From an uncultured Chloroflexia bacterium (lineage in GTDB: Bacteria > Chloroflexota > Dehalococcoidia > Dehalococcoidales > RBG-16-60-22), in contig CAVXAM010000009.1 in the NCBI GenBank assembly GCA_963759785.1, positions 17,593-81,592 on the forward strand: a DNA stretch of 64,000 nt. The letters are read 5' to 3'. The notes under the pieces were generated by a model that did not search any database, was not told the DNA's origin, and saw nothing but the letters and a program-made list of their open reading frames with translations. The translations under genes and the position numbers were made by a program. Below are positions 61,635 to 64,000 of the stretch, in pieces. The stretch's first letter is position 1. The number at the start of each line of letters is the position of its first letter.

Positions 61635-63701
61635 ATGCCGAAGACGACGGAAGTTAAAGATGGAATCTGCTACATGTGCACCAATACCTGCCCGACAGCG
61701 GTTCATGTGCGTAATGGGAAGGTTGTCAAGATAGACATCGCTGACCCTAAAGTGGCGCATTGCCCCCGATGGAAAGCCCAGATGGACTTTATTTACCACC
61801 CGGACCGCCTCTTATATCCCTTAAAAAGGGAGGGTAAAAGGGGCGAAGGTAAATGGCAACGCATCTCCTGGGATGAAGCGCTGGATACTATTGCCAGTAA
61901 TCTCCAATCCGTTAAAGATAAATATGGTGCCGAATCAGTCGTCTTCTGGATCGCCTATCCCAAAGAGCCCCGCCCCTATTTTCACCGCCTTGTTCACGCC
62001 TTCGGCTCGCCCAATTATTGTACCGAAAGCAGCAACTGCTTTTCCGCCACCTGGATTGCCGCTAACCTGACTTACGGCACGGAGTGGTCTTATATGGCCG
62101 GGTCCGGTTCGAGTGTTGCTCCAGAAACTAAATGCAAACTGATTTGGGGTTCGGGATTAATCTCTTCACCGGGCGTCTGGAAGGAAAACATGGAAGCCGG
62201 TAAAAAGGACGTTAAACTTATCGTCGTCGACCCCCGCCGCACCGCCATCGCCGCTAAAGCCGATATCCACCTCCAGCTTCGACCCGGCACTGATGGCGCC
62301 CTGGCAATGGGCTTGATGAATGTTATCATCAGTGAAAACCTTTACGACAAAGACTTCGTGACTAAATGGACAGTCGGCTTCGACGGACTGAAAAAACTGG
62401 TGCAGGAATATACTCCGGAATATGTATCCAAAATCACCTGGGTGCCAGCTGATAAAATTGTTGAAGCCGCCCATCTTTATGCTTCGCTTAAGCCAGCCCG
62501 ACTCCATATGAGCAGCAATAGCACCACCCATCACAGCAACGGCGTTCAAAACCACCGCGCCGTGATTCTGCTGGCGGCGATTACCGGCAATATCGGGATA
62601 TCCGGTGGTAATATGCTTGGTCCTCTTTCCAATATAAAAATCAATGATATTACTCTGCATGATAAAGTTAGTTCGATGCCGCCCGGCGTCGGTGCTACGC
62701 GCTTCCCGATATGGACCAGACGTTATCGCGAAATGCAGTCGAACGTTATCGCCGACCAGATTGAAAGCGGTAAACCCTACCCCATTAAAGCGCTTTTCTC
62801 CAGCGGTCTGGACGCCCAGTTCTTCGGTAACTCCCGCCGCTTTGCCGAGCAACTTAACAAGCTCGACTTCATCGCCGTGTCTGAATACTTTCATACCCCC
62901 GGCACGAAGCTGGCGGATATCGTTCTGCCCATCGCTTCTTGGCTGGAACGACCTATTCTCCTGACCGACTTCAGCGGCTATACCAAGTTAATCCAGTCTG
63001 CCGTGAGTCCTCCCGGCGAATGCCGTCCGGAGTTCGCTATCTATGCCGCCTTGGCCAAGAGGCTAGGATTCGGCGGCCTTTTCTGGGACGGCAGCTTCGA
63101 AAAATGTGTCAACTACATCCTCGAGCCGATGAAGATAACTTATAAAGACCTGACACAGCACCCAGAAGGAATCAAACTTGATTGCCAACCTCGCCCCGAA
63201 AAGCACTATGAAAAAACAGGCTTCCAGACTGCCTCCCGCAAGGTGGAAATCGCCTCGAGTGTCCTGGCAGAATACGGCATCGACCCCCTGCCGGTCTATA
63301 AAGAGCCTCCTGAAAGTCCATTAAGCCGCCCCGACCTGGCTGCTGATTATCCACTGGTGTTAACCTCGGGCGCCAGGGTGGCAGTTTACACTCATTCCCA
63401 GTTCCGTAATATCCCGCGCCTCCGCAAGATAATGCCGGAACCGCTGGTGGACATCAACCCCACCGATGCCACTCCCCGTAAAATAAAAACCGGTGACATT
63501 GTAACTATAACATCACCACGAGGCAGTATTAAGATGAAGGCAAACGTAACCGACTCCATTTTAGCTGGCGTAGTCTCGCTGCCTCACCATTGGCCGGACG
63601 GAGCTAACGTTAATTTACTGGTGGACGATAAAACTCTAGACCCCATTTCCGGCTTCCTTCCCTGCAAATCGCAGTTATGCCAAGTAACCAAATCCAGATA
63701 A
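61635..63701 (+). CDS. molybdopterin-dependent oxidoreductase (DMSO-reductase superfamily), apparently cytoplasmic
   Basis: N-terminal C-x2-C-x3-C Fe-S motif CYMCTNTCP, 688 aa, MopB-type and C-terminal beta-barrel (VDINPTDA...GD.V) pattern; no twin-arginine signal. Confidence 0.85.
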   Translation: MPKTTEVKDGICYMCTNTCPTAVHVRNGKVVKIDIADPKVAHCPRWKAQMDFIYHPDRLLYPLKREGKRGEGKWQRISWDEALDTIASNLQSVKDKYGAESVVFWIAYPKEPRPYFHRLVHAFGSPNYCTESSNCFSATWIAANLTYGTEWSYMAGSGSSVAPETKCKLIWGSGLISSPGVWKENMEAGKKDVKLIVVDPRRTAIAAKADIHLQLRPGTDGALAMGLMNVIISENLYDKDFVTKWTVGFDGLKKLVQEYTPEYVSKITWVPADKIVEAAHLYASLKPARLHMSSNSTTHHSNGVQNHRAVILLAAITGNIGISGGNMLGPLSNIKINDITLHDKVSSMPPGVGATRFPIWTRRYREMQSNVIADQIESGKPYPIKALFSSGLDAQFFGNSRRFAEQLNKLDFIAVSEYFHTPGTKLADIVLPIASWLERPILLTDFSGYTKLIQSAVSPPGECRPEFAIYAALAKRLGFGGLFWDGSFEKCVNYILEPMKITYKDLTQHPEGIKLDCQPRPEKHYEKTGFQTASRKVEIASSVLAEYGIDPLPVYKEPPESPLSRPDLAADYPLVLTSGARVAVYTHSQFRNIPRLRKIMPEPLVDINPTDATPRKIKTGDIVTITSPRGSIKMKANVTDSILAGVVSLPHHWPDGANVNLLVDDKTLDPISGFLPCKSQLCQVTKSR

Positions 63702-63714
63702 GGCAGAAAACGAC

Positions 63715-64000
63715 ATGGCGACAAAACCTCTAATTAAGGTCCTTACCGAAGCAGGCATTGGTTCGCGGCGGAAGATGGCGGACGCTATCAAGCAGGGCAA
63801 GGTCAAGGTCAACGGGACAGTCGCCGAATCATTCAATCATCCCGTCGACACCGCTAAAGACCGCGTCCTTTTCAACGGGCAGGCTATCGACCTCGAGCCC
63901 GATAAAGTCATCTGTCTGATGTTGAATAAACCGTTAGGTATCATTTCCACCACCAGCGATGAAAAGAGACGCCGTACGGTATTAGATATCCTGCCGGCTA
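63715..64000 (+). CDS. pseudouridine synthase (RsuA/RluB family, S4 domain); 5' part, runs off the window
   Basis: ATG 63715; S4 motif GIGSRRKMADAIKQGKVKVNG, then LNKPLGIISTTSD. Confidence 0.8.
   Translation, partial: MATKPLIKVLTEAGIGSRRKMADAIKQGKVKVNGTVAESFNHPVDTAKDRVLFNGQAIDLEPDKVICLMLNKPLGIISTTSDEKRRRTVLDILPA

Noticed and set aside
62166-62894. 242-aa minus-strand ORF inside the molybdoenzyme gene
   Set aside because: It is antisense to a well-supported 688-aa MopB-type gene and has no RBS or motif.
61635-63701. Selenocysteine or other recoding in the molybdoenzyme or AOR
   Set aside because: Both reading frames are uninterrupted and no in-frame TGA is needed.

Overview
This 64-kb chromosomal window is densely coding on both strands. 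It looks like an anaerobic bacterium: tungsten-type aldehyde:ferredoxin oxidoreductase, indolepyruvate:ferredoxin oxidoreductase, rubrerythrin, a ferredoxin-nitroreductase fusion, a long Alu-containing SRP RNA and a split transketolase. A Chloroflexota/Dehalococcoidia-like origin is only my inference.

Layout:
(i) 1-2.8 kb: two-component cluster.
(ii) 2.9-21 kb: redox/catabolic accessory region. It holds five paralogous cupin-like genes I cannot place in a known family, arranged in two tight clusters (one with a SnoaL-like gene, one bracketing a ferredoxin). It also holds an SDR, AOR, two tandem FAD-oxidoreductase paralogs, IOR, a Zn-ADH and tRNA-Lys.
(iii) 22-31.5 kb: housekeeping genes (comFC, hpf, ogt, radC, M50 protease, dnaE, envelope proteins).
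(iv) 31.7 kb onward: tRNA-Val, followed by tRNA 3'-end fragments and two segments bounded by further copies of the tRNA 3' end. The first segment carries a MacAB-type exporter and a 1050-aa BNR surface protein. The second is an AT-rich MmgE/PrpD + amidohydrolase cassette.
(v) 41.7-64 kb: housekeeping genes interspersed with a family of hairpin repeats, a repeat-bracketed GIY-YIG gene, SRP RNA and an AT-rich NYN-domain islet.

I saw no rRNA, CRISPR array, prophage, or intact integrase or transposase.

Seven single-nucleotide frameshifts cluster between 15.7 and 23.6 kb. When three of them are conceptually repaired, IorA reads through into a GltD-like flavoprotein plus ferredoxin, giving a roughly 1100-aa fusion.

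The most promising candidates for something undescribed are the multi-paralog cupin clusters, the IorA-flavoprotein fusion and the direct-repeat-flanked cassettes at tRNA-Val.

All homology calls come from motif recognition by eye, and no searches were run. Coordinates of non-ORF features may be off by 1-2 nt.
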